This document shows positions 22,120 through 32,429 of a DNA stretch of 64,000 bases, in pieces; positions within the stretch are counted from its first letter, which is position 1, and each line of letters begins with the position of its first letter. Source of the stretch: an uncultured Chloroflexia bacterium (GTDB lineage Bacteria > Chloroflexota > UBA6077 > JACCZL01); contig CAVXYC010000027.1 of NCBI GenBank assembly GCA_963765765.1, positions 96,001-160,000 on the forward strand, given 5' to 3'. The notes under the pieces are model-generated. The model searched no databases. It was not told where the DNA came from and saw only the letters and a list, made by a program, of their open reading frames with translations. The position numbers and the translations under genes were made by a program.

Positions 22120-22985
22120 CGCGGGAAGTCAGGTCATTTCTACCTAATCTGGTACTTGTCGCTGCCGTCCTGGGCGTTTCCACGTCGGGACTGTTCATCC
22201 GACTCGCGGAATCACCATCGCTTGTCATCGCGACATACCGCATGGTGTTCGTTACGGCGCTCCTCATACTGCCGCTCATGCTTACCGGACGAGAGGATCT
22301 TGCGCGCGTCAAAGCGCGTGACGCCGTGCAACTCGTCGCCTCGGGTCTATTTCTCGCCGCCCACTTCGGCCTCTGGACGGCGTCACTGCAGTTCACGTCG
22401 GTCGCAAGCTCCGTGGTACTTGTCAGCACGCACCCCGCGTTTGTCGCGCTTGCGGAGGCATCCTGGCTGGGGCGGGTGGTCCCCACGCTCGGCATTCTCG
22501 GCATTGTTCTTACGATGCTGGGAAGCATCGTCATTGGGATCGATGAGCTTTCCAGAGGTGGCGCCAATGCGCTCGGCTGCGTACTGGCCCTCGGAGGCGC
22601 GGTGAGTATGGTGGGCTATCTCATCATCGGGAGGACGCTTCGCGCCCATCTCGGGCTCATGAGCTATACCACCGTGGTCTACGGCGTGTGCGCCGTGGCT
22701 TTAGGCGCGGCCTCGGTCATCAGCGGAGCATCCCTGGTACCTCCCGCCAAGGATATTCCGCTATTCCTTGCACTGGCCGTGGTACCTACGATCTGCGGCC
22801 ACACCTTATTCAACTGGACACTGCGTCACTTACCCGCCTCCATCGTGTCAACCGCGTTTCTCGGCGAACCGGTGGGGGCATCGCTACTTGCCTGGGCATT
22901 TCTCGCTGAGGTTCCGGCACCGGCCACAATGCTCGGGGGCAGCATCATCCTTATTGGGCTCTTTTTGACGCTCAGAAGCGCATGA
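22113..22985 (+). CDS. DMT/EamA family transporter
   Basis: About 10 TM; FLAAHFGLWTASLQFTSVASSVVLV, GHTLFNW, LGEPVGA. Confidence 0.9.
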   Translation: MVTREVRSFLPNLVLVAAVLGVSTSGLFIRLAESPSLVIATYRMVFVTALLILPLMLTGREDLARVKARDAVQLVASGLFLAAHFGLWTASLQFTSVASSVVLVSTHPAFVALAEASWLGRVVPTLGILGIVLTMLGSIVIGIDELSRGGANALGCVLALGGAVSMVGYLIIGRTLRAHLGLMSYTTVVYGVCAVALGAASVISGASLVPPAKDIPLFLALAVVPTICGHTLFNWTLRHLPASIVSTAFLGEPVGASLLAWAFLAEVPAPATMLGGSIILIGLFLTLRSA

Positions 22986-23744
22986 ACAAGCGGCTACTGA
23001 GGATTCTCGGTGGGCTTGGACTAGCCGGGAGCGTGGCGAGTTTGGCGGAGCGGCGAGGCAGCCTTTCACCATCTGGCGGTGTGGCAGCGACCCTGGTCGG
23101 CGCCCTGGCCTTCAGCAACGGATGGCCCGCCGCTCGGGAATTGATGGTGTTTTTCACTACATCGACCGCGCTCTCCCACCTTCCGCGCGAAGGGAAGCGA
23201 CACGCGCCGGCTCGAACCGCGACTCAAGTGCTGGCAAACGGAGGCGTTGCCAGCATCGCCTGGGGCGGGCGTCTGCTCGGAGCTCCAGCCTATTGGAGCT
23301 CTCTTGCGTCAGCCGCGCTCGCAGTGGCCGCGGCGGATACCTGGGCTACCGAGATAGGGCTACGTTGGGGAGGCACGCCGCGGCTCATCACATCGCGACG
23401 AGCCGGTCGAGGCTGGGGAATCTGGCGGAGTGACGAGCATCGGGACACTTGGCGCGATTGGCGGTGCATTCATCGTCGCCATGTCGATAGGCGATAAACG
23501 GGAGATATCCCCCATCGTATTCGCCGGAGTGCTGGGGGCAATTGTCGATTCGCTGCTGGGAGCATTAGCCCAAGCTCGGTATTGCTGCTCCGCATGCAGC
23601 GCGCGCATCGAGAATCCCGTTCACTGTGGCAAACCGGCCGAGCTCATGAGTGGCTATGCCTGGATGACTAACGACGCCGTGAACTTCGCGGCCACGCTGG
23701 TAGGCGGATTTGCGGGATTGGGATTGCGGCAACTTCGACGCTAA
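22982..23744 (+). CDS. DUF92 (TMEM19-like) membrane protein, one frameshift near 23400
   Basis: RTATQVLANGG, ADTWATEIG, then GESGGVT, DSLLGALAQ, MTNDAVNF in the next frame. Confidence 0.82.
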
Positions 23745-23761
23745 GGTGAAACTGGGCGGAA

Positions 23762-23970
23762 CCCCGGCAGCTCAGGATTGTCGTAGCGGACGCCCGGCGT
23801 AGTACACCCTCTTACGGCGCACCTGGAAATCAGACAGACGATCGCGGTGAATAACCATGTGGCACCCGGAAAGGGCCGCATATATCGCCGCAATCGACGG
23901 TTGCACTACGCCTCTTTCTTCAGCGCAAAGAATTCCGAGTTGGCCCCGGTAGACCCGAACTGCTGTCGGG
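23762..23970. ncRNA. candidate rod-like structured RNA in an intergenic gap
   Basis: Nested helices 23767-23776/23954-23963, 23796-23809/23899-23912, 23839-23850/23885-23896, 23857-23863/23875-23881. Confidence 0.35.
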
Positions 23971-24048
23971 CGGTGATGGCGCCTTCACGCGGCTGCATTT
24001 GAATGGATAGCTAGGCATATGGCACAAGGCTCCGTGCTATGAGGCGCT

Positions 24049-25740
24049 CTACTCCGCGGCTGTAGCTGCGCCCTCTTCAGGCGGTGTCTGCGCGGCAGAG
24101 CCAGGGCTTTCTACCAAATAAATCTCATACAGCGGCCGATTGCTTGACGCCGGATCCATCGGTAGGGGCGCATCGGAAGAGCGAACCGCCGTCACTCGAC
24201 CGGCTTGAAGCTCTGAGCGATAACCCGGCGGCACGATGACGAATAGACGGTCACGACGCCGCAATCGCTCCTCCACCGCACCACGCGAGACCTGCGTGGT
24301 GATGATGCGGATTTTTTCAAACGGTAACAGATACGAGAAACCGTCGTAAGCGGCACGCGTCTCTCGCAGGCTGGCGATGTTCCTCGCGCCGAGATTCAGT
24401 CTATTGTCCAGAAGTACAACATCGTCATCGCTGGCGCGCGAGTCGATGAGCGCCACCGATCGAGCGATGTCCTGGTTGGTTGGAGACTCCAATGAGATGC
24501 GCCAGACGTACCTCAGCATCGGACCGACTGGCTGAATCAGGAACACGACGGCCAGAAGTGCTACGGCCCCTGAGAAAAGCCAACGTCTTCCCGAGATCGA
24601 GAGAATCATTGCCGCGATGGCTGCGTAGCACAGCGGCAGAAGTGGGCTCACGTACCGGCCATCGGTGATCGTCGAGTAACGGCCGGGGTTCGCTACGGGA
24701 AGAATAAGCAGCGTGCCAAGCAGCGCGAGCAACGGAAGCGGCTGTCCTAGCTTCGCGGCCCAGAGAAGGGCCGCCACAGCTGTACCAAGTCCGAAACCCA
24801 CCAGCGCGATGTCGACCGGCAAAGGCCAATCGTCAACCGTGCTCATTGACGTCACGAGCGTCTCACCGAGCATTCCGAGGGATCGTCCGACATTCCGCAC
24901 AATAGCCATGAAGTCCGACTCAGGCAGTGGGCCATCCGCCAGGTAATTTTTCCGGGTACGAATGTATTGCGCGTGAGTGAGCGTATCGCCCAGGTACATC
25001 AGGTTGTGAACGAGGACACTTGCGTACGCGAGCATGAAAAGCCCGATGCCAACGTAGGTCCATCGGCTGCGCAGCAGCCACGGCGCCTTCACGATGACGA
25101 AAAGGATGATCGCGGGAATGAACATCCCTGCAAGTAGGTGAGTCTGAAGTGCAAGGCCGAACGAGAGGCCCGCAATGACCATTGGCCAGGCGGCCCGAGT
25201 TCGCACGACGCGCATAACCAGCCAGAGACCCAGCGTGGTGAAGAATGGCGTCATCGAATTCGACCAGGCGATGTGACTGTTCACGATGACGTGGACGCCG
25301 GCCATAGCCAGCATCATGGAGCTCAACGCTCCAACCAGGCGCGTCCGCGTTAATCCGACCGAGCGAGCGATCTCCATACCTAGCGGGTATGTCAAGCCGA
25401 CTGTAAGTCCGCCCAGGAACCACGAGATAAGCCGAGGCGACCAGGGATTCTGGCCGCTGACCAAGAAGACGAGCGCAACGGCATAGTTCTGGATTGCACC
25501 GATGTAGGAATCGACACTGGTGAGCGGGAGAAGCCGCCCCTGGGAGATCAACAGGCCCCGTAGGACTTCTTGAATCTCGTCCGTGAAGCGCGGGGCGGTC
25601 GATAGGTACGGCCACCGGACCACGAGAGCAAGGGTGACGACCGCCAAGAACGCAATGACGTCGATTGTCCGTTCGCCAAGCAACATTGCGCTCGATCTGG
25701 GCCGAGCGACGGACCGAGCTGTGGAGAGAACCGCGGCCAT
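24049..25740 (-). CDS. GT-C (ArnT/PMT-like) membrane glycosyltransferase
   Basis: PRFTDEIQEVL, SHIAWSNS, GLALQTH; paralog of 15883-17447. Confidence 0.85.
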   Translation of the reverse strand: MAAVLSTARSVARPRSSAMLLGERTIDVIAFLAVVTLALVVRWPYLSTAPRFTDEIQEVLRGLLISQGRLLPLTSVDSYIGAIQNYAVALVFLVSGQNPWSPRLISWFLGGLTVGLTYPLGMEIARSVGLTRTRLVGALSSMMLAMAGVHVIVNSHIAWSNSMTPFFTTLGLWLVMRVVRTRAAWPMVIAGLSFGLALQTHLLAGMFIPAIILFVIVKAPWLLRSRWTYVGIGLFMLAYASVLVHNLMYLGDTLTHAQYIRTRKNYLADGPLPESDFMAIVRNVGRSLGMLGETLVTSMSTVDDWPLPVDIALVGFGLGTAVAALLWAAKLGQPLPLLALLGTLLILPVANPGRYSTITDGRYVSPLLPLCYAAIAAMILSISGRRWLFSGAVALLAVVFLIQPVGPMLRYVWRISLESPTNQDIARSVALIDSRASDDDVVLLDNRLNLGARNIASLRETRAAYDGFSYLLPFEKIRIITTQVSRGAVEERLRRRDRLFVIVPPGYRSELQAGRVTAVRSSDAPLPMDPASSNRPLYEIYLVESPGSAAQTPPEEGAATAAE

Positions 25741-25911
25741 AATAGAGGAAGAGCCTATGTTACGCGACGGAGCAGGTATGGAACGAGGCGCCTATTTGCG
25801 CTGCCTGCACGATTCGCAATGCAAAGTGGCATTATGTCAATAGATCCTGTGTGCGATTGGAGCGAGCATGGGCCTTTTGTCAAGCGTTTCGGCGTCACAG
25901 AAGCGTAACAC

Positions 25912-25941
25912 TTGACATCGGGTGGGACGGTCACCTTTAAT
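25912..25941 (+). promoter_or_regulatory. sigma-70-type promoter of the cupin/TTT/EutA operon
   Basis: TTGACA-N18-TTTAAT, about 145 nt upstream of the first ATG. Confidence 0.6.
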
Positions 25942-25970
25942 CAGGCGTCGCGAAGTAGGAATCCGACTGG

Positions 25971-26050
25971 AGAGACGGGGTAGTATCCGAGCGGGAATTT
26001 GAAGCCGGGAGCTGCTCGGCGCGCATTCCCCCGGATGTCCCGTCTTTTTT
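25971..26050 (+). promoter_or_regulatory. structured 5' leader ending in a U6 tract (possible attenuator)
   Basis: AGACGGG/CCCGTCT, TATCCG/CGGATG, GGGAAT/ATTCCC nested helices followed by TTTTTT. Confidence 0.45.
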
Positions 26051-26085
26051 GATGTGCGACGGGCACACCACCCAGGGAGACAGCA

Positions 26086-27216
26086 ATGGCCATTGCAAAC
26101 GCACTTGGAACGACCTATCAAGTCGATTCCTATCTGAATTTCGTCAAGAGTGAGAACATTCCCATCTACGACGTCTACGCTGTCGACACGCTTACCGTGG
26201 ATCTCGAGCCCTGGGAGCGGGTGGGAGGTCTTGGGGCCTATGTGCACCTGGCTGGACGCAGTGACTATCTGAGCTGCTACGTGTCGGAAATCGCTGCGGG
26301 TGGTCATCTGAAATCGGAGCGCCACGCGTTCGACAAGCTGATCTACGTCGTCAAGGGTCGCGGCGCTACCACGATCGAGCTTGGGAACGGCAAGAAACAT
26401 ACGTTCGAGTGGGGCCCGGGGAGCCTGTTCGGCATCCCGATGAACGCCCAGCATCAGCACTTCAATGGCTCAGGAACTGAGACGGCACGGTTTGCTGCCG
26501 TCACCAACCTGGCCATCATCATGAACATCTACCACAACACCGACTTCATCTTCGACAACCCATTCGTCTTCAACGACCGAGCGGGCGAGGATCGGTTCTT
26601 CCAGGGTGAGGGCGAGTACCACCCGGTGAAAGCCGGCCGCAATCACTGGGAGACAAACTTCGTGCCCGACCTGGTCAATTTCGAGCTGCCAGAATGGCAT
26701 GCACGGGGGGCGGGAGGCAACAACATCCAGTTCCTTCTCGCGAACTCGACGATGCACGCGCACATTTCCGAGTTTGGTCAGGGCACGTACAAGAAAGCCC
26801 ATGCGCACGACGCGGGCGCACACATCTTTTGTGTGACCGGACAGGGATACTCACTGCTATGGCATGACGGTGAGAATCCGATTGATACCGTGCGCGTGGA
26901 CTGGAAGCCCGGAACGCTTTACGCGCCACCAGACGGGCCCACAATCCACCAGCATTTCAACACCGCAACCGCAACTTCACGGTATCTCGCTCTCGACTTT
27001 GGCGGCATTCGTTATAAGGTGACCGAGAAGAAGAGCAAGAACTACGAGGGTATGGACGTGTCCATGAAGGACGGCGGCATTCAGATTGAGTATGAGGATG
27101 AGGACCCGCGCATTCTCGAGCTCTTCGAGAGGGAGTGTGCCGGGGCTGGGGGCCAATCGAAAATGCGAGAGTGGATTTCGGACTACGTGGCCAATAGGCA
27201 GGTGGCCAGGACATGA
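26086..27216 (+). CDS. bicupin protein, paralog 1
   Basis: Two cupin repeats: RHAFDKLIYVVKGRG...AQHQHFN and KKAHAHDAGAH...IHQHFN. Confidence 0.88.
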   Translation: MAIANALGTTYQVDSYLNFVKSENIPIYDVYAVDTLTVDLEPWERVGGLGAYVHLAGRSDYLSCYVSEIAAGGHLKSERHAFDKLIYVVKGRGATTIELGNGKKHTFEWGPGSLFGIPMNAQHQHFNGSGTETARFAAVTNLAIIMNIYHNTDFIFDNPFVFNDRAGEDRFFQGEGEYHPVKAGRNHWETNFVPDLVNFELPEWHARGAGGNNIQFLLANSTMHAHISEFGQGTYKKAHAHDAGAHIFCVTGQGYSLLWHDGENPIDTVRVDWKPGTLYAPPDGPTIHQHFNTATATSRYLALDFGGIRYKVTEKKSKNYEGMDVSMKDGGIQIEYEDEDPRILELFERECAGAGGQSKMREWISDYVANRQVART

Positions 27217-27255
27217 ACATGAATGTGGCACACGAACTAAAGGAGCACAGCATCG

Positions 27256-28794
27256 ATGCCACCTGAAGCGGTACAGGTCGACGTCTGGCACGCGTTTTAC
27301 AGTAGCCTTTTCCAGATTCTGGAATGGCCGACCATCGGGTACATGTTTATCGGAATGTTTATCGGATTCTGGGTCGGCATCTTGCCCGGAATTGGCGGCG
27401 CGGCAACAATGGCGCTCATGCTGCCTTTCGTCTTCAGCATGACGCCCGTTGCCGCAATTGCATTTCTGCTGGGGATGTACTCGGTCACCGCGACAACAGG
27501 TGACATCACCTCAGTTCTTTTTGGTGTCCCTGGTGAAGGAAGCTCAGCCGCGGTCATTTTTGACGGCTTCCCGATGGCCAAACGGGGTGAAGCCGGGCGG
27601 GCTCTCGGCATCGTGCTCTTCACGTCGCTCGTTGGCGCGATCATCGGCGCGATAGGACTGGCGCTGGTGATCCCATTCGTGCGCCCCATTGTGCTGAGCT
27701 TCGGACCACCCGAATTCTTCATGATGGCGGTGCTCGGACTGAGTTTCGTCGCAGCGTTGAGTGGTGGGTCGATTACCAAGGGGCTTTTGATGGCTGGCTT
27801 CGGTCTCATTCTGGCGACAGTTGGCCAGGACCCAGGCACCGCGCGGCTTCGCTACACCTTTGGTGAGCCGTATCTCTTCCAGGGCGTGCCGCTTATCCCG
27901 GTTGCGGTCGGCTTATTCGCCGTACCATCCATCGTAGAGATGATGTGGCAGAAGACCTCCATTGCTCGAGTAAAGCCTACGGAAATCCATGGCGCCATGC
28001 AGGGAGTGAAGGACACGTTCACCTATTGGTGGCTGACCGTCCGGGCAAGCCTCATTGGCCTTGTCCTGGCTATGATCCCGGGGGTAGGCGGCGGCACGTC
28101 GCAGTTCGTAGCCTACGCGCACGCTTACCAGACATCGAAGAACAAAGAAGCGTTTGGCAAAGGCTCCATCGAGGGTTTAGTCGCGGCCGGTGCGGTGAAC
28201 AACTCTCGCGAAGGCGGCCATCTCATTCCAACGGTAGCTTTCGGTATTCCCGCGGGCGCAGCCATGGCCCTGCTTCTGGGAGCGCTACTCATCGTTGGGA
28301 TCACCCCAGGCCCCGCCATGTTGACTACAAACCTGGACGTGACGTTCAGCATGGTCTGGACGATGGTCGTGACCAACATCATCACGGTGATATTCTGCTT
28401 AATTTTTGTAAAGCAACTCGCCTGGATCACGTTTGCCAAAGGCTCTGTCTTGGTGCCGTTTCTGATCTTCCTGGTTGCCATTGGCGCATTCACCGCGAAC
28501 AATGCCTGGCTGGATATCGTAGTGATGCTCTTCTTCGGCGTAATGGGCATGCTTATGACGATCTGGCGCTGGCCTATCCCACCGTTGTTGCTTGGTCTTG
28601 TCTTGGGAGATCTCGCGGAGCGGAATTACTTCCTCTCGCAATCCCTGTGGCCTGGTGGCGAATGGGTCACGCGACCTCTGGTCATCGTGCTTGGCATCAT
28701 CTCGATCTTGGGTCTCGCTGGCCCGCTGATTTCGGACTTTCTCAAGAAACGAACGATGCGCGCGTTGAAGGTAAAGGAGGTGGACGTTGTCTAG
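27256..28794 (+). CDS. tctA: tripartite tricarboxylate transporter large permease (TctA)
   Basis: GILPGIGG, VPGEGSSAAVIFDGFPMAKRGEAGRAL, GHLIPTVAFGIPAG. Confidence 0.92.
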   Translation: MPPEAVQVDVWHAFYSSLFQILEWPTIGYMFIGMFIGFWVGILPGIGGAATMALMLPFVFSMTPVAAIAFLLGMYSVTATTGDITSVLFGVPGEGSSAAVIFDGFPMAKRGEAGRALGIVLFTSLVGAIIGAIGLALVIPFVRPIVLSFGPPEFFMMAVLGLSFVAALSGGSITKGLLMAGFGLILATVGQDPGTARLRYTFGEPYLFQGVPLIPVAVGLFAVPSIVEMMWQKTSIARVKPTEIHGAMQGVKDTFTYWWLTVRASLIGLVLAMIPGVGGGTSQFVAYAHAYQTSKNKEAFGKGSIEGLVAAGAVNNSREGGHLIPTVAFGIPAGAAMALLLGALLIVGITPGPAMLTTNLDVTFSMVWTMVVTNIITVIFCLIFVKQLAWITFAKGSVLVPFLIFLVAIGAFTANNAWLDIVVMLFFGVMGMLMTIWRWPIPPLLLGLVLGDLAERNYFLSQSLWPGGEWVTRPLVIVLGIISILGLAGPLISDFLKKRTMRALKVKEVDVV

Positions 28795-29407
28795 GGCTGA
28801 CTTCTGGATCGCGAGACTACCTGCCATAATGAGCCTCTTCGTGCTGCTTGTATTCATCATCGCCGTTGTACAAATCCAGAGCTTTCCGGCCAGAGCAAAG
28901 GCCTTCCCATTAGTCGTTGCCTGGCCCATGCTTGCGCTGGCAATCGTGCAGCTAGGCATGGATCTCTTCAAACCAAGGGCACGGGGTGGGCCCGCTACGT
29001 CTATGGCAATGGGGATGTCAACGGGCGCAGTTCCCGACGATGTCCGCCAGGCTTCCGTAAAACCGGCCACCACGGTCAGCGAGGCCGATCGGCTGGCCCA
29101 GCTCAGGGTCGAGCTTGACGAGCTTGCAGCACTCGAAGATGCTGAGGTCGTCCCGCACACGCGCAAAGACATTGTTATTGCGCTTACGTGGTTCTTCGCG
29201 TTCTTCGTGGTCATCTGGCTCATCGGCATGCGCATCGGGATTCCGCTCTATACCGCGATCTACCTCTTCGTCGTTTCGAAGGAAAAGTGGTGGGGGGCTC
29301 TATTGGGCGCTGCCGGCGCGTACGCTTTCATCTTTTTCATCTTTGACCAGATCGGGCACCTGCCCTTCTTCCCAGGCGAGCTCATCAAGATGTTGGGTCT
29401 CGACTAG
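28787..29407 (+). CDS. tctB: TTT small permease (TctB family)
   Basis: 4-5 TM, AKAFPLVV, overlaps the end of tctA. Confidence 0.8.
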   Translation: MSRADFWIARLPAIMSLFVLLVFIIAVVQIQSFPARAKAFPLVVAWPMLALAIVQLGMDLFKPRARGGPATSMAMGMSTGAVPDDVRQASVKPATTVSEADRLAQLRVELDELAALEDAEVVPHTRKDIVIALTWFFAFFVVIWLIGMRIGIPLYTAIYLFVVSKEKWWGALLGAAGAYAFIFFIFDQIGHLPFFPGELIKMLGLD

Positions 29408-29545
29408 GCTGCGATCCGGTCCGGTAACATAGCAGCGCGGAGCCACAACCACGCTGCCCGATCTACAGGTACGCGGCGCGCCGAGCTCGGCGCGCCGCGT
29501 ACGTTTGTGTGGATAGTTGATGTCCCAATCCCAGGAGGTTTCAAG

Positions 29546-30778
29546 TTGATCCAGTCCCGTCGGCCGCGCGGCGTAGCGCTCTCCGTTCTAGGTTCCATGG
29601 CGGGCGCCTTACTTGCAGCATGCTCACCGAGCGCGCCGGCGAGTCCCACTACTGCACCCAAGCCCACCGCGGCAGCCGAGAAACCAGCCGCATCTCCGGG
29701 AGCCGTCCCCGCTGGCTCCCCATTCGCATCACCGGTCGCATCTCCCGCCGCGGGCGCACCTGCCGCCGCGGCCAAGACATCCACGTCCACAGTAGATCCA
29801 TCGCTCGCATCGACCTGGCAGGGCAAGACCCTCACCATCGTGGTAGCCGAAGCTCCTGGCGGTGGGTATGACAACTGGGGACGCCTTGTTGGTCGACATC
29901 TCGGAAAACAGCTTCCCGGCAATCCGACCGTCATAGTGGAGAACATGCCCGGCGGATCGCACCGGATCGGCACCAATCATGTCTATCAGTCCAGAGCTGA
30001 CGGTCTGACTATTGGCCTGGTGGACCGTTTTATCCCGGGCTACCAGCTACGCGGCGAGGGCCCCGAAGAAGGCGTTCGCTACGATGCCAACAAACTCAAC
30101 TGGCTTGGTAGCACCGCGACCGAGACACAGGCATTGACCATGACAAGCAAACCAGAGGTGACCAGTTGGAAAGACCTGGCCACCAAAGAGGTCAAGATCG
30201 GACACACGGGTCCTGGAAGTTCGCCGCACACCTACCAGTTGCTGCTGAACAAGGCCCTGAACCTCAAGACTCAGCCGATCTTTGGCTACAATGGCACGGC
30301 CTCCATTCTTCTGGGCATGGATCGTGGCGAGGTCGATGGCATCGTCATCTCGTACTCGTCGCTCGCCATTCAGAAGGCGGATGACCTCAAGGCAAAGAAC
30401 CTCATTCCGCTTGTGCAGTTTGGCGATGCCCGCATCAAGGACCCGTTGTCCGGAATGCCACCGGCCGCGGAAGATCTTTTCAAAGAGGCCTCACCTGAAT
30501 ATCAGCAGCTCCTCGCTCTCGCACAGCGGCCATTCACCTGGTCTCGAGCCTTCGTCCTGCCGCCCAATATGGATGCCAAGGTGCTGAGCACGATGCGCGC
30601 TGCATTCATGAACACTATGTCTGACGCCGACTTCCTCTCTGATGCTCGTCAACTCAAATTCGATGTGGACGCGGTGTCAGGCGAACAAGTGCAGTCGCTC
30701 ATCGAGGAGTACATGAAAACCCCGCGGCCCATCGTGGACCGATTGACTGAGCTAATCGAGGCAGACACCCCACACTGA
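29546..30778 (+). CDS. tctC: TTT substrate-binding lipoprotein (TctC/Bug family)
   Basis: AGGAGG RBS then TTG; lipobox LLAAC; Pro/Ala linker; APGGGYD, VENMPGG, ADGLTI. Confidence 0.88.
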   Translation: MIQSRRPRGVALSVLGSMAGALLAACSPSAPASPTTAPKPTAAAEKPAASPGAVPAGSPFASPVASPAAGAPAAAAKTSTSTVDPSLASTWQGKTLTIVVAEAPGGGYDNWGRLVGRHLGKQLPGNPTVIVENMPGGSHRIGTNHVYQSRADGLTIGLVDRFIPGYQLRGEGPEEGVRYDANKLNWLGSTATETQALTMTSKPEVTSWKDLATKEVKIGHTGPGSSPHTYQLLLNKALNLKTQPIFGYNGTASILLGMDRGEVDGIVISYSSLAIQKADDLKAKNLIPLVQFGDARIKDPLSGMPPAAEDLFKEASPEYQQLLALAQRPFTWSRAFVLPPNMDAKVLSTMRAAFMNTMSDADFLSDARQLKFDVDAVSGEQVQSLIEEYMKTPRPIVDRLTELIEADTPH

Positions 30779-30827
30779 GCACAAATCGGCGGTAGGATAC
30801 GCACCTATAGGAGGAAAGAGGACACAG

Positions 30828-32429
30828 ATGTTTGACGAGCTACGCGAACGGTTTCAGCATGACTGGGACTTCGACCACGACCACGAGGATTTCGAGGACG
30901 AGGACTGGTCGCCGCCCACATCAAAGAACGATTTTTACTATGCCGACAATATCGAGCTGACCACGGTCGGAATTGATATTGGCTCGTCGACATCGCACCT
31001 GATGTTTTCACGGCTCCATCTACAGCGCCTGGGGCAGTTTCTTTCCAGCCGCTATGTGGTCGTGAATCGCGAGGCCCTCTATCGATCTGAAATCCTACTC
31101 ACACCTTACCGATCTGACAATACGATCGATGCTGAGAGCCTGGGCAACTTCATTGCCACGGCCTACCAGGAGTCCGGGCTCTCACCCGACGACATCGACT
31201 CCGGCGCCATCATCCTCACAGGTGAGGCCATCAAGCGAAGTAACGCACGTGCAATTGCGGACCTCTTCGCCACTCAGGCTGGAAAGTTCGTCTGCGCATC
31301 GGCCGGTCACAACCTCGAGGCTATCCTGGCGGCCAACGGCTCTGGTGGCGTGGCGCTTTCCCGCGACCCTGCCCAAACGGTGCTCAACATCGACGTTGGC
31401 GGTGGCACCAGCAAATTCGCGCTCATCACCAACGGCAAGGTTCTCGAAACGGCCGCTATCAACGTCGGTGGACGTCTTGTGGCCGTTGACGAAAATCGCA
31501 AGGTGACTCGAGTTGAGCACGCCGCCCACATCGTTGCCGATTCGATCGGAGTGCATCTCAAGATCGACGAGACTCTGTCAAAGGAAGATGAAGAGAAGCT
31601 TGGCGACCGCCTGGCCGAGTGCATCTTCGAGCTTGCCAATCGGCAAAAGCTCAGCCCTCTGGCTCAAGAGCTCATGCTTACACCAGAGCTCACGATAGAC
31701 TTACCCGTGGATTTGGTCACCTTCTCAGGTGGTGTCTCCGAATACATCTACGAGCGTGAGAACACCGACTACGGCGACCTTGCCCTCTCTCTTGCGGCCT
31801 CAGTGCGCAAGCGCATCGCGGACGGCCGCTTACCCGCCGCTATGAAATCTACGGACGAGCGTATTCGCGCAACGGTGATCGGCGCCTCGCAGTTCACCGT
31901 TCAGGTCAGCGGCAACACGATCTCCATCAGTGATGAGTCCGTTCTCCCCTTCCACAATCTTCAGGTCATCTACCCGCACTTGCCCGAGCGTGAAGACGTC
32001 ACGCCAGACGAGGTGCTGGAAAGTATCCAGCGAGCATTCCAGCGATTCGACATCGTGGAAGGTGATGTCCTTGTTGCGTTGGCCATCGACTGGGCCGGCA
32101 CTCCGCGTTATCCGCTCCTGCGGAACATCGCAGAGGGCATTGCCAAGGGTCTCGCGAACACGATCGCCACGAAACAGCCTCTAGTGCTGGTCTTTGCCAA
32201 TGACTTTGGCAAGCTCATCGGCGACATCATGCGCGAAGAATTCGGGGTCCAGGGGCAGATCATCTCCATCGATAGCATCGTGCTCCAGGAGTTCGACTAC
32301 ATCGACGTCGGTGAAGTCATCCGCCCGGCGTTCGTGGTTCCAGTCGTTGTCAAGTCACTCGTGTTCCCGGAGATCGTCACAGCCGACGCGGCGGAAGTCG
32401 CTGAAGCGTACTCGGGGGCGAAGCAGTAG
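30828..32429 (+). CDS. eutA: EutA-like ASKHA ATPase (ethanolamine ammonia-lyase reactivase homolog)
   Basis: VGIDIGSSTSHL, GAIILTGEA, NIDVGGGTS, TFSGGV, IRATVIGA, DYIDVG...VPVVVKSLVF; homolog name only, function probably different. Confidence 0.85.
   Translation: MFDELRERFQHDWDFDHDHEDFEDEDWSPPTSKNDFYYADNIELTTVGIDIGSSTSHLMFSRLHLQRLGQFLSSRYVVVNREALYRSEILLTPYRSDNTIDAESLGNFIATAYQESGLSPDDIDSGAIILTGEAIKRSNARAIADLFATQAGKFVCASAGHNLEAILAANGSGGVALSRDPAQTVLNIDVGGGTSKFALITNGKVLETAAINVGGRLVAVDENRKVTRVEHAAHIVADSIGVHLKIDETLSKEDEEKLGDRLAECIFELANRQKLSPLAQELMLTPELTIDLPVDLVTFSGGVSEYIYERENTDYGDLALSLAASVRKRIADGRLPAAMKSTDERIRATVIGASQFTVQVSGNTISISDESVLPFHNLQVIYPHLPEREDVTPDEVLESIQRAFQRFDIVEGDVLVALAIDWAGTPRYPLLRNIAEGIAKGLANTIATKQPLVLVFANDFGKLIGDIMREEFGVQGQIISIDSIVLQEFDYIDVGEVIRPAFVVPVVVKSLVFPEIVTADAAEVAEAYSGAKQ

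Noticed and set aside
23745-24030. tmRNA, tRNA-Sec or SRP RNA in this gap; short minus-strand peptide ANSEFFALKKEA
   Set aside because: No tRNA-like acceptor or T-arm and no SRP domain IV motif; the tag-like peptide does not end in a typical ALAA.
25921-26067. Two hairpins with GACGG loops as a guanidine-II riboswitch
   Set aside because: The loops lack the G-C-closed ACGR tetraloop, lie about 120 nt apart, and one is inside the promoter spacer.
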